Positions 13,429 through 26,789 are shown, numbered from the stretch's first letter. The stretch is 64,000 bases of DNA from Callorhinchus milii (GCF_018977255.1 NW_024704742.1:10170001-10234000); one strand, 5' to 3'. Numbers and translations are program-made. The notes: generated by a model from the sequence alone, not told the origin.

Positions 13429-14890
13429 AGTAGCAGAAACTCTGGCTGGATTTTCCCTTCCCTACCACAGAGATCCTGAAGATTACAATAAGCTCCGGGA
13501 GGCCATTACAGTCTAGGCTTACACTGCAGTGCAGTTATGCGGAAGTGCTACATTGTTAGAAGTGCCATCCTTCTAATAAATGAGATGTTAAACTGAGATT
13601 TCTGTCTGCACTATTTGAAGTCAAGAGAGCATCTCCCAGGGTGAAATTAAGAAAATAAATTGAAATAATAGTAATAAATTAGTTACTTCAATCCACGTTT
13701 TGCCGCAATAATACAGTCAATTAACTTTACAGTATATTTTGTGAAGTGCTTTGAGACATCTTGAAGTCGTGATTTGCTATATCAAATGCAAGGATTATTT
13801 TAATTCTCCAGATAAACTGGTTATCCATGATTGCTCTCAAATTTACCCACAAATGCAACAGTTGCTAGGCTCGGCAGAAATTCCTGTGAAGCCCTTCAGA
13901 TGTTTCGACATTTAAAGGCACTATATCAAATGCAAAGATTATCACAAGCAAACATTGTGAATGCACCAGGAATAAAATTTGTACTGTACTTGTATTTGTA
14001 CTTCTGTGTCTGCGTTATTTTAATATATAGAAAAAATTGTGAATTGACTGTATATTTTGTAGGCGAAACGTACATTGTACTCCATGGAGTGCTATATAAG
14101 TGCAAGTTATTATTGTTGTCGTCCCCTCGGATATCTGATGAAGCATTTACAGTGCTAACAGCCTCCTGGACTGCCATCTCAGCAAGCAATGTCAAGTGGA
14201 AGAGCAACAATCGGAAACCACAGCGATCTCATCCAACATGTGCTACTGCAAAGAACTGCAAAGTCAGAGCTGCTCTACCAACTGTGACGTTCCTATATTT
14301 TAAAACCACTCAGAAAACGAATGGGTAGAAAACACAGGAGGGGGAGGAAAGAGCACAAGCATATAATTACAAAAGAGAATCACAAATGTCCAAAAAAGAA
14401 AAGGGAAAAGTAAAGTGACTCAGAATGATGGACAATTAATTACTCAGTGTTTAACAAGATATGACCTTATCACCATCAATCTTCTGAGCAGTTGGACACC
14501 ACTTTTAAGAAATGAGATATTCGAGGGGATAACAACAACAGCTTGCACTTATATAGTGCTCTTCAAGTAGGATAGCTCATCAGAGCACTTAGCCACAATT
14601 GACTACAACACAACTAAACATTTTAAACATTCCAATAGATATGTTTCAGAAACTGCAATATTCCTACTGACTGAATGACTGACTGCTCCATACTTAACAG
14701 GCCACACAGTCCGTCCCCATACCCCAACCGCACCCCTCCCCCAGAAAACAGAAAACATTCCTGTCTGAAAATTGTAATGGAATTTTCCAAATAAATAAAG
14801 ATATGTGGAAAACTAGGAAAATCTCTCATCGAGTACCAAATCACTGGTTCTTGCACCAAAGCCTAAACCAGGATTTCCATCTGTTTTGTA

Positions 14891-15797
14891 ATGTTAGTAA
14901 ATAGGGTAGTAAATAGTGAAAACGATTGTGACAGACTGCAGGCAGACATACACAGAATGGTGGAATGGGCTGACATGTGGCAGATGGATTTCAATGTAGA
15001 TAAGTGTGAGGTGATACACTTAGGTAGGAAAAATGATAGGAGGCAATATAGGCTTGGTAGCTCAATCTTAAGGGGGGTGAACCTACAGAGAGATCTGGGC
15101 GTTCAAGTAAGCGATTCATTGAAGGTGGCAGAGCAGGTACATAGGGCAGTAAAAAGGGCATTTGGTGTACTGAGCTTCATTAGTAGGGGCATAGAGTATA
15201 AGAGTAGGGAGGTTATGCTTAATCTGTACAAAACACTGGTTAGGCCTCAGCTGGAGTACTACGTCCAGTTCTGGGCACCTTACCTCAGGAAGGATATTAA
15301 GGCACTGGAAAGGGTGCAGAGGAGATTCACGAGAATGATACCAGGAATGGGAAAGCTTAGCTATGAGGACAGGCTAGAAAAGTTAGGACTTTTCCCATTA
15401 GAGCAGAGAAGGTTACGCGGGGACCTGATAGAGGTCTTCAAGATCATGAAAGGTTTCGACAGGCGAGATAGGGAAAAGCTGTTTCCTCTGGTAGGTGTGT
15501 CTGTGACTCGTGGTCACAGTCTTAAGATATCTACCAAAAGAAGCAGAGGGGAGGTTAGAAGAAATTTTTTCACTCAGCGAGTTGTTAAAATTTGGAATGA
15601 TCTGCCCGAAGTCCGATTCGATAACAGCTTTTAAGAGAGAACTGGATAGGTATCTGGACAAGACAGGTTTGCAGGGTTATGGGGAGAAAGCTGGTGAGTG
15701 GGGTTAATAAAAGTTTGTTGCTCTGTCAAAGAGCCGCACAGACTCAATGGGCCGAATGGCCTCCTTCTGTGCCGTAACATTCTATGATTCTATGATC
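14891..15797 (+). mobile_element. 5'-truncated young CR1 LINE (ORF2 C-terminus plus 3' UTR)
   Basis: 247-aa ORF with WQMDFNVDKCEVIH, ERDLGV-like, LYKTLVRPQLEY and RGDLIEVFK motifs. 3' UTR gggccgaatggcctcc; terminal (ATTCTATG)2. Confidence 0.95.
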
Positions 15798-16433
15798 CAA
15801 CAGATCTAGTCCTCGTTGTTGAAACAACATCAGCAAGGAGGTCAATGGCATTTTGTGGAAAGCTCAGTCAGACATCTCACAATCCCCTCGTCACTGCTTC
15901 AAACTTCTCACAGAAGGAATCTGAATATGTGCTTCTTGCAGAATATTCATGACGCTGTCTTTGGATCTCTCCAAGTGACTACACTTCTGTTGCAAAAAAG
16001 AATTGAGTGTCTGTCCATTTACCTATCAGCTCAAAGCCAAATCTATATTTTGATGTCAAGATTTTGTGGAGAAATTTTGTGGATCACCCCATTAAAATTA
16101 TGAGCAAACGTGGCAATGTTTAAGGATGTCACCAGTCCTTTCCGACATCCAGTATATGTTACATCATCCACTAACAAGCAAAAACTCACATGTAAAAGTG
16201 CAACATCTCACAGTCTAACCTACTCCTCACTGGCTTAAACCACATTGAGAAATTGCTGTGTGTAATTTTGCTGCCATGTTCACCTACAGAATACGGTCAC
16301 TATACTTTTCAGTAAATGGAGTGAAGCACTCTGAGACATTAATAATAATAATCTTTGCATTTGATATAGCGCTTTATCACATCATAAGGACGTCTAAAAG
16401 TGCTTTGCAAGATATACTGTAAAGTGAATTGAC

Positions 16434-17912
16434 ATCCTTCCTAAATGTGGTGCCCGGAACTGAACACAGTCTCTCGCTGAGGCCTAACCAATGTTTTATA
16501 AAGGTTCATCATAACTTCCTGACTTTTGTATTCTGTGTCCCTATTTATAAAGTCTAGTATCCGTGTGCTTTTTTAACAGCTGTCCGACTATCTTCAAAGA
16601 TTCACTTATATGAACCCCCAGATCTCTCTGTTTCTTCACCCCCTTTAAAATTCTACCATCAGCTTATATTGCCACTTCTCATTCTGCCTCTCAAAATGCA
16701 TCACTTCGCATTTCTCCACATTAAATTTCAGCTGCCACATATCTGCCCATTTTACCAGTTTGTCTATATCCCCTTGCTGTCTGCTACTATCCTCCTCACT
16801 GTTTACTACGATTGTTTGTGGGACACTGCTGTGCGCAATTGGCTGCCGCGTTTCACCCACAAATATACAGTAAATTCACTTTACAGTCTGTGAAGCGCTT
16901 TGAGACATCTAGAAGACGTGAAAAGCACTATATCAAATGCAATGATTATTATATTATTATTTCCCGAGCTTAGTATCATCTGAAAAATTGGAAATTGTAC
17001 TCCCTATACCTAAGTCCAGGTCATTTATACAGATCAAAAACAGCGGTGGTCCAATTCTGACCCCTGGGGGACACCACTGCTCACTTGCTTCCAGTCAGAA
17101 AAACAACCGTTCACAACCACTCTCTGCTTTCTGTCTCCCAGCCAGTTCTGTATCCATGTTGTCACTGTCCTTTTAATACCGTGGGTTTCTATTTTCCTAA
17201 CAAGTCTCTTATGTGGCACTTTATCAAACACCTTTTGGAAATCCATATAAACTGTATTAACTGCACTACCTTCATCCACCCTCTCTGTTACTTCATCAAA
17301 ATCTCTATCAAGTTTGTTAGGAGTGATTTGCCTTTAACAAATCTGTGTTGGCTGTCCTTTATTAACCCATATTTTTCTAAGTGAAAATTTATTGTTTCCC
17401 AGATTATAGTTTCTAGAAGTTTCCCCACTTACTGACATTAGGCTGACTGGCCTGTAGTTCCCAGGTTTATCCTTCTGCCATGTAATGTTTGCAACCCTCC
17501 AGTCCTCTGGCACCATCCCAGTGTCCAAAGAGGATTGAAAGATTGGGCCAGAACCTCTGTTATTTCCACCCTTACTTCCCTCAGTAACTTCAGATGCATC
17601 CCAGCTGGACTGGGTGACTTATCTACCTTGAGAACCGACAACCTTTTTAGTACCTCCACTCGGTTTATTCTTATCTTATCCAATTTCTCTACCCTCTCCT
17701 CCGATATTGTGGCATTGGCTGCATCCTCTTCTTTTGTGAAGACAGATGCAAAGTACTCATTCAGTACATCAGCCAAGCCCTCTGCTTCCATAAGGAGATT
17801 TCCTCTTTGGTCCCTAATTGGACCCACCCTACCTTTGACTAACCTTTTATTCTTTATATGCTTCCAAATACCTTTGGGTTCCCTTTTATCTTACCTGCTA
17901 ATCTTTTCTCAC
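16434..17912 (-). mobile_element. Degenerate CR1 LINE ORF2 fragment containing a SINE 3' half at ~16808-16960
   Basis: ORF pieces LNEYFASVFTKE, VPEDWRVANI, YMDFQKVFDKVPH, SGVPQGS and WQLKFNVEKCEVMHF, separated by frameshifts. Confidence 0.92.
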
Positions 17913-19078
17913 GTTTGAATCAGAGAGTGTAGATTTGAATCAGGGAGGATAGAACTGCTAGTACCCCGCTATATAAATGCAAATGGCTGAGTCAGAAGGT
18001 TTTGGGATGTCATCCTGACTTTTTTTTCTGACAAAGTATAATGCTTTGAGATGTCTCGAAGCTGTGATAAGGAACTATATCAAATGCAAGGATTATTTCA
18101 TATTTATTTATGAAAGACGAAGGAACAAAATCTAGAATTATTATTATTATTTATCTGTTACTCACTCTTTAACTATGTAAAGAAATGTAACGGCTCACAA
18201 TTGTTTTGGTCAGCCAGCTTCTGACACATACAGAAACTGATTACTGGGCTTAGGAGCATCATAAGAACATAAAAATTTCTAGGCAAAAGCAGACCAAGGT
18301 CCATCTAGTTCTCCTTCCACCATCCTGGCTGTTGCTTGTCAGGTCATGTCTAAAATATATATTGTATCCTCAGATATTATTTTCTAGTAGAAATCTATCT
18401 AATTTGTTCTTGAAACAAACCAGAGTTCCACATTCGTAAGTCACATGCACAAGGATATTTCCCCGTGTCTGGAATGAAATATGTACTCTCTCCCTGAAGT
18501 ACTAGGCACAGGTTGGCAAGAACCTAGGCTTTGGGATCACAGTGAAGAAACATTAGTGGAGCACAGTGGAGTAACATGAGCTATATTTTGTAGCTGCCCA
18601 CAGTTTTGTAATCTAGTTTTGAATTAAAAAAACTGTGGGCTTTTATTGCTCACAAAATTATTGTGCTCAGTTGACCTCAGCTAAAAAGTCAAGAAGCCCA
18701 AACAATCAGTGCACATTCCAGTCACATCTTCGGAGTATAATGAGGCATATATCGGAGGGCAGATGAATGACATGTGAAATCCAGTCGAAGTCATGCAAAT
18801 CATCGTAATGAGAATGCTAAACAGTGTAACATTTTCCTTACAGCTGGACACAATATGCCAACGATCATGTGAAATGGCCTTGATGTTTCTGGAATTTGAC
18901 ACATTGCTCTGCATTGGGCCACTGTGCAAAGCAATGATTCACTGGTAAATTCATATATCTTACTCTGCAGATAATGTCTGTTCAACTGAGCACCTTACTA
19001 ATATGGTAATAACAAGGTATTCCTTCTTCACCCATGAGAATGAAGAATATTATTAGCATTGGAGCGCAGGATATTGCT

Positions 19079-19448
19079 GTGGATTCCTGTAGCTCAGTGG
19101 TTAGAGCACTCGCCTTGCAAGCAAGAGACCTGGGTTCGATTCCCGGCAGCGTGAAAAATTGGGTAAGTTTCCTTACTCCACACGCCTCTGTTTACCGAGG
19201 AGTATATATGAACCCGGTTGTTAGTCAATTGGGGGATCGCTTTTCCGGGGTAATGATTCCCTAAAAAAAATAATAAATTGGTCACTCAATCCACGACTGT
19301 TTGTGGGGCACTGCTGTGTGCAATTGGCTGTGTTTCACCTACAAAATATACAGTCAATTCACTTTACAGTATATTCTGTGAAGCACTTTGAGACGTCTCA
19401 AAGACATAATAGGGCTGTATATCAAATGGAAGGATTATTATTATTATT
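19079..19448 (+). mobile_element. Full-length tRNA-derived SINE (reference copy, ~370 bp)
   Basis: A box tagctcagtggttagagc, B box ggttcgattccc, body, tail, (ATT)n. Confidence 0.93.
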
Positions 19449-22400
19449 AAAAACAACCGATGGAGGCACTATAGCTGAGCTCAGTCAGCTTGCCACACAA
19501 TATATCATTTGTGTGTTGTCTTGAATCATGTAGGTTTAATGGTGAACATATGTACAAGATGGAAATGCGGTTGGAATAATCAACAGGAAAAAAAAATCTT
19601 TAAACAAGCTTATGCCTTCAGCTACTATACCCTTAGTCTCTGGAACTGGCTGTCTCAATCCCTCTGCCTTGCCTCCTTCTTTATGTATCATTAAATCCAA
19701 TCTGAAAACCTACCTCTTCAACCGCACCAATAGTCACCTCTCCCTCCCCATTCTCCTTTGCTTGGGTTCAACCCCAGCACTGTACAGTACTCTGAGACGC
19801 TATCCTGCGGTAAGGCTGCTATGTAAGTACAAGTAGTTCCTGTTGTGGTTATCTCTGTTAATCTCTGATAGTCAATTCCATCCCTTGATGGCAACAAAAA
19901 TGATGGTTCTCTCCCACCCCCGCCCTCACCGACCCCCTCCACACACACACACACACACACTGACACAACATTTTATCCTTTGGGTAGTTTGAGATTTTTC
20001 TAAGTGGTGTATATCTCTTAACTTTTTTTTAAGTTTAATTTTCTGGTATTTGTGTTTGAAATAATCCTAACAATTTTTTTTAGAAAAGATTTGTTTTGGT
20101 GAAAAAGATAACGTTCCATTTTTTGTTCTCTTGGGTTTCGTTGAAGGGGAATAAACTGATTTGTTATTTCAAAAATTAAAGAGGTTCATCAAATATTGTA
20201 AGTACTTCCTTGAAACTTCAGGCCAATTTGCATTTGTATGGAGTGGCAGTCAGTGCGTGTTGCATGCTCACATGTTAAGTACTGGCTGGCTGCATATTTG
20301 AAGTTTTTTTATATGACAAGCCCTTGTTTTTGAACCACAAGTTGATATTTGACTGCAGTCTGCACTGGTCCAAATCATACAAGGAAATATCAACCGTTCG
20401 TTCATTCACTCAAATAAAAACGATAAGCTGAGTAAACAAGTGATGTTATCCATGTAGCATCTTCAGAGAAAACCTTATCAGCCTGGGATCTGTACATTAC
20501 TGAGCACCGGCCAAAAGCAAAATCACCGACGGAAATGTGGCAGACCAAAACCCTGACCTACAGTATCTGAGATCTTAATAGTCTCCCATTACCTCGTATC
20601 AAAGGGGTTTTAACAAAAACAATAAGAATTGTTAAAGACACGTTGGCTATGTAGAAAAAAAAAATTTGGTTTGCTTCTTTACAAACACATAATAAAAATA
20701 ATAATAATAATAATAATCCTTGCATTTCTTATAATGCCTTACCATGTCATTGAGTATCAATATATACATATATAATTATATGTAAAATTCAGTATAAATA
20801 GCATGTTCCCTGCAAATTTGGGTATCAGCTTTTCTTCCCCACTCCAATCCCACCAAACAAAATTGCCCAACTATTGTTTATGAAGACAGGGTCCCTTTAA
20901 ATGATTGCCTGACAATGCTGTGTTGTGCATTGTTTTTCTGAGTTTTCATCAACATTGTTTTGTGCTTTGTTTTTTCTTGCAGGGTGGAGGGGGACCTGGA
21001 TTTCATTGGCAACAGTTCTTGGCAGTCAGGGCTTGCCAGATAAAATCCAGATAGGAAGCTCAGATCCTCAGACGCAATGGGAAGACTTATTCCATGGCGA
21101 CAACTTCCTGTGGAGATTGCGTTTCCAGCTCCTTGTGATAAAGATCAACTTTCAGGCTTTGTGCTTCTGTGTCTTTTTTTAAGAAAAATAATTTTGTTAC
21201 CAATTAGTTTTTTTCTTATTTTCACCCCAGTGGTATTTATCCCTCCCTTGCCTCCTTCAAGATCCATCTCAAGGCCCTCCTCTTTGACCGTGACTTCGGT
21301 CACCCTCCTACTCTTCCCCTCCCCTCCCCGCCCTCCACCCCTCCTGATCCCAACCACCAGCTCGGGTGCGGATCCCTGAACGTCCAGCACCTTGGGACAT
21401 CCTCCTGACGTGAAAGAAGTTGTACAAATTTAATTTGTTGTTGTTGTTATTATCTCTCAACCCCTGCTCTGGCCTCTTCTTGCTGGGGTGTGGTTGCCTG
21501 ATGATCGGTGGCCTTCAGTATTCTTCCCAAATGACCATTGTTCACGTGTGGCGTTGAGTGTCGGCAAGCCGCTCGACTGGAGAGTCTCATCCAGTGTTCT
21601 GAGCATTTGTTTCATTGCTGTTTGGTGCTGTAAGGCTAAGCCATTATTACATTTCATGTCTGTCAACTCAGCAGCACCATAACACATCATTTATATTTCA
21701 TCAAGTTCATTTACATTGGCAATTATCCACCCAGTTGTTGATTTATTTTGTTTGCTCAGCATGTGCGGAAACTCATCACCATGCTTAAGGATAAACAAAC
21801 CAGACTGAGAATTCCACATCCATATGTCACACCTACACATGGAAATGTTCTTGTGTCTGGAATGTGATGTGCACTCTCTCCTTAGAGGGACATGCCGTGC
21901 TTCCCCAATTTTGGACAGTTGGGAAGAGTGTGTTGAAGTATTGCTAGGGATTAACAAGCTAAATGCCGTAGCTTTTCATCGGGAGGGCTGTCTGGCAAGC
22001 TTCCTGCTACTTGTCCAGCTAGGATCACCCTACCCATTAGGGCTTTGGTTTGCAGGTATCTAATGACTGGGGGTCACTAAATCAGCTTTTCGTGCTTCCT
22101 TCAGCCTCAGACATCCCTCTTATAATAATACGATCAGCAAAATGGTTAATAAGTATGATGACCAGCAGGAGGTCCTGGGACTAATCTCCGCTGGAGACTC
22201 TGCTAGTAACAGCTGCCTGAGTACAACCATTAGCTAGGATAACTACACTCTGTATCACATTACTGAACATTTCAAAGGCAAGGTACTGCTTGCACACTGA
22301 GAAGCAATTTCCTCTCCATCTCAAATTCAAACCCTTCCAAAAAAGAAGGAAGTGCAGTTAAGATCAACAGAACACAGGTGCTGTCGGTCAATATATTGAC

Positions 22401-24122
22401 TGTTTTCCCTGCTTCAATAACTCATTTTTACAGGATGATGTGGTGCAGGGGCAGAGTCGAGTCTCCAATGATTGTCAATTGGAGAATTTCGCCTCAGTTT
22501 CAAGAATATATCGGGGGGGGGAAAGAATTTATCACCTACCTGTGGTTCCGGTGGAATGATTTGAAGACCCTCATTCTAATCCTCATTTATAATATGCCTA
22601 TGGTTGGCGCTCTGGGACTCTATCTGAGAAGGCTGTTACATAAATGTAAGTTGTTGTGGTTGTTATTGTTGATAGCTCAGTCCAGTTCATGGAACCAATG
22701 CGCAGTACTGGCATTTCAGCTACTTTGGGATGGAAGCAGACGAAATGGTTAAGGTGGCAGAAATAATAATAATAATCCTTGAATTTGATATAGCGCTTTA
22801 CACGTCTTCTAGACGTCTCAAAGCACTTCACAGAATATACTGTAAAGTGAATTGACTGCATTTTTGTGAGAAAGCAGAATGATCAGGGACTGAACAAAAG
22901 GCTTAAACTGCACACATTATTGATAACCTACCTATGGTTGACAGCTCATTGAATGAGCTGTCAACCAGGGATAGGTTATCAATAATAATCCTTCTTTTTG
23001 ATATAGCGCCTTTCACGTCAGGAGGACTCAAGTATAGTGAATCCTGTGAAGTGCTTTGAGATGTCCTCCCAATGTGAAGGACGCTATATCAATTGCAAGG
23101 ATTATAAATAATATCATCAGCAGTTTAAATCCTTAACTGCCCAGCGCCTTGGGACCTCCTCCTGACATGAAAGGGACTATACAAATAATTTTGTATTGTA
23201 AAACTTACAGTAATGTTAAAGCGAGATAAACTGAATAAAGAAGTGCATTCAAATATTGTTGTGGGGAAAGCATTGTTAACGTGGCTTGCAGATCTTGAAA
23301 ATATCTATTCTGTTTACATGGTGTTTTGGAGTGACACCAGCATTTCTATCAGAGCAGCTTTGCAGAATTTCTTTGAGCAATGAATTATCATGGAAGAGGT
23401 GATCTGAGGGACCAAAGACAAGGAAAACAACTGAATTTTGCAAAGCATTTCTGAGGAGTATCTTGGCTAACAACAGATATGTGTGAAATATGACCTCAAG
23501 ACTTGCAAGTCACACATCCTACAGCTATTTGTGGGAGTTCAGGGTGATGCATTTGAAATACATTTACCTAGAGATTGACACAAATGCTGGGTAAAACTAC
23601 TGGAATAACTGAACCATATGGAATATAAAAATAAATCTAAAATCAGTTACTCACTTCATGGCAGTTTGTGAGACATAGCTATGTGCAAATTGGCTACCGC
23701 GTGAGTCTACAAAACACAATAAATTCTGCGAAGCTCATTGAGGCATTTTGATGACTTGATAAGGTGCTATGTCAAGTTCAAGGATAATTATTTCAACCCA
23801 TTAATCTTTTTCATTTATACTAAAATCAGTGAAAGGCTCACTCAGCAAAATCTTGTTCATACTGAATGAAATCTACCACATTCATTTATAGACTTTCTCA
23901 GGAAAGAAAGGCTCCAGGCTGCAAAAATTCAGTACGGAAGTAAACATTTAAGAAAACGGTGTCAGAGGTAGGAAATAGAACCTACATGTGCAACATCACA
24001 CAGAGCTGGATGTCTTTATTCTCCAAGCAAAGGGATGTTAAATGAATTAGCTGCTGATCCTGACACCTCAGCTCTTATGACCTTATTCAGAAAAAACAAT
24101 AAACTCCATTCACGGGTAAAAT

Positions 24123-24488
24123 GTGGAGTCCTGTAGCTCAGGGGTTAGAGCACTCACCTTGCAAGCAAGAGACCTGGGTTTGATTCCAGGTAGGGCAAAA
24201 CGTTGGGCATATTTCCTTACTCCACCCAACTCTGTTTACCTAAAAGCAAGTAGGTACCCGGTTGTTATTCGATTGATGGATCGCTTTTCCAGGGATAATA
24301 ACCCCTCAAAAAAAGTAATAATTTTCGTCACTCAATCCACAATTGTTTGTGGTCACTGCTGAACGCAAATTGCCTGCCGTGTTTCTCACACAAATATAGT
24401 CACTTCACTTTACAGTACATTCTGTGAAGCGCTTTGAGACGTTTAGAAGACGTGGAAAGCGCTATATTAAATGCAAGGATTGTTATTA
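24123..24488 (+). mobile_element. Full-length tRNA-derived SINE
   Basis: Same architecture as the 19079 copy. Confidence 0.9.
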
Positions 24489-26789
24489 AAATGTAATGAA
24501 TGTAAATGCCTCTGTAAATATGTGACAGACAAGAGCAATGATCTAAGACACAAAATACATATTTAATTTTACAAAGCATTTCTGAGGACTCTCAGCTAAC
24601 AACAGAAAGGTGTGAAATGTGAGCTCAAGACTTGCAAGTCACACATTTAGAGCAAAACGTTTTGGCAATTTGTCTATGCCTTTGCTGGAAGAGAAAAAAT
24701 GCAAACACAAGTGCAATCTCTTCACACTTTCTATGGGCTCATTTGATAAAATAAGTAATAAATATCCTTTATTTCATATAGTGCCTTTCACGTAGAGAAT
24801 GCTCAATGAAGTTCACAGGATTTGGGGAGGACAAGTTTGCAGGGTTATGGGGAGAGAGCGGGGTGTGGGATTGATATGGATAGCTCTATATATACAGACA
24901 ATTCGCTTTACAGTATATTCTGTCAAGTGCTTTGAGACGTCTCAAAGACATGATAAGGCTGATTGTTGGGGACTTGAGCTGATTGTTTTCCCGATCACTC
25001 AAACGTTACAGTTCAAGATCCTGCTCCTCACCTTCGAGGCCCTCCACGGCCTCACTCCTCCTTACCTCTGTGACTTCCTAACCCCCTACCAATCTGTCCG
25101 CTGCATCTGCTCAGTGGGCTCTGGCCTGCTTCAAGTCCCCCACCTTAACCCCCCACCATTGGACTTAAGCCTCTCTGCACCCACCCTATGGAACTCCATC
25201 CCACATTCCCTTCACCTTGCCCACTCCCTTGCCTCCTTCAAGACCTATCTCAAGATCCTCCTCTTCGACCGTGCTCCGGTCACACTCTCCCTACACTCCC
25301 CGACCTCCAACCCTGCTGATCCCAATCACCAGCTCGGATGTGGATCCCTGACTGTCCAACGGTTTGGTACGTCCTCCTGATGTGAAAGGTGCTATACAAA
25401 TGTAATTTGTTGTTATTGTTGATTTATAATGGCAGCAGAACTTTCTTTTTGGTTGGTTATCCTGAATAGCAGGAGGTGAATGTTGTCCCACAACACTCAG
25501 GGAACCCCTGAGAGGTAAAGTAAGATATATAATAAATTTACAAGGACATTTACATAACATTAGTGAATAAACCCATTATTAGGGCAGGCCATACTGTGCT
25601 TTGTTACCCTGGCTCAGTTGGTAACACTTTTCTCTTGGCTCAGGAGGTAGTGGGTTGGGGATTTGAGCTGATTGTTGGGGACTTGAGCTGATTGTTTTAG
25701 GCAGCGAGGCCATGAGGCACATGTGCCTAATATGTATCCGTGTGAGTCACAGCCACCTCAACTTCAGCAGAAATCATGTGTCTCAGATAAATTCTGCTGA
25801 GAATTTATCTACCTAGACATGCGCATGGCTATAATTTAAATGCATTATACATATGCAGAGAAAAAATCTCTATTCTGGCTTTTCGAAAATTCAGTTTAAA
25901 GTAATCATCTAAAATAATACTTGACTGAATAATCGAACAAAACAAGTATAGTCAATTGATACATGATTTTTGAGTGACGATACAATGTCCTATGTTTGTA
26001 TATTAAGCACAGAATTCCCACAAATTGTTTTCTATGTACTTACATGAATATAACTCATGATGTCGCTACTCTCTCTGCATGTAACTCATTGTTACTTAAA
26101 ACTAGTAACTTCCTTGTGCAACTGTAAAAGCATCAATGTCTTGTCTGCAAAGCTACATTTGAAAATTAATGAATTATTGCGTAATCACTGCAAGTTTGAA
26201 TTGAGTGTGGAATATTCACCCCCACCCCCAGCGTTTGACATACATAAGTATACACACGTATACAACGTCTCCGTCACATTGCTCGCCACCGCCCGTACCT
26301 CACACCCAAAGTAGCCAAAACCCTCGTCCACTCCTTCGGCACTTCCCGGTTGGACGGTTCAAATACCCTCCTCACTGATCTCCCTATTCCTTCATGCCCT
26401 CGCTCCTCCCTACCTATCTGATTTGATTAACCCCCCACTCCACCACCCACTGCCTCCACGCGGCTGGCTCCGGACTCCTGTTCATCGCTCGTGCCCTCCG
26501 CTGGAGGTTAGGTGCCCTCCGTGCCCTCCGGTGGCCGTGCTTTCAGCCACTATGCCCCAAAACTCTGGAATTCTCTCCCTCAATCCTTCTGCCTTACCTC
26601 CTCCCTCTCCACTTTCAAATCTTGCCTAGAGGTCTTCCTTTTTGAATGTCCTTACAGTCACCTTCCTCGCCCCCTTGCTCATTGACAGACTTCGCCACTG
26701 TGAAGCGCTCCAGGACGCTACCCCGTGTGAAGGGCACTATATAAATGCAAGTCTTGTTTGACCCTCAACTATCCTTTCTACCCCACATC

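Noticed and set aside
14135..14162. ctgatgaagca...tgctaac as a hammerhead
   Set aside because: The GAAA box is absent.
19081..19155. Functional tRNA-Ala genes
   Set aside because: Each tRNA-like head continues into a SINE body and tail, and individual copies carry scattered mutations.
22929..22950. Resemblance of ctacctatggttgacagc to miR-192/215
   Set aside because: The seed region differs, the 1-nt spacer is unlike a pre-miRNA loop, and I see no miR-194 partner nearby.
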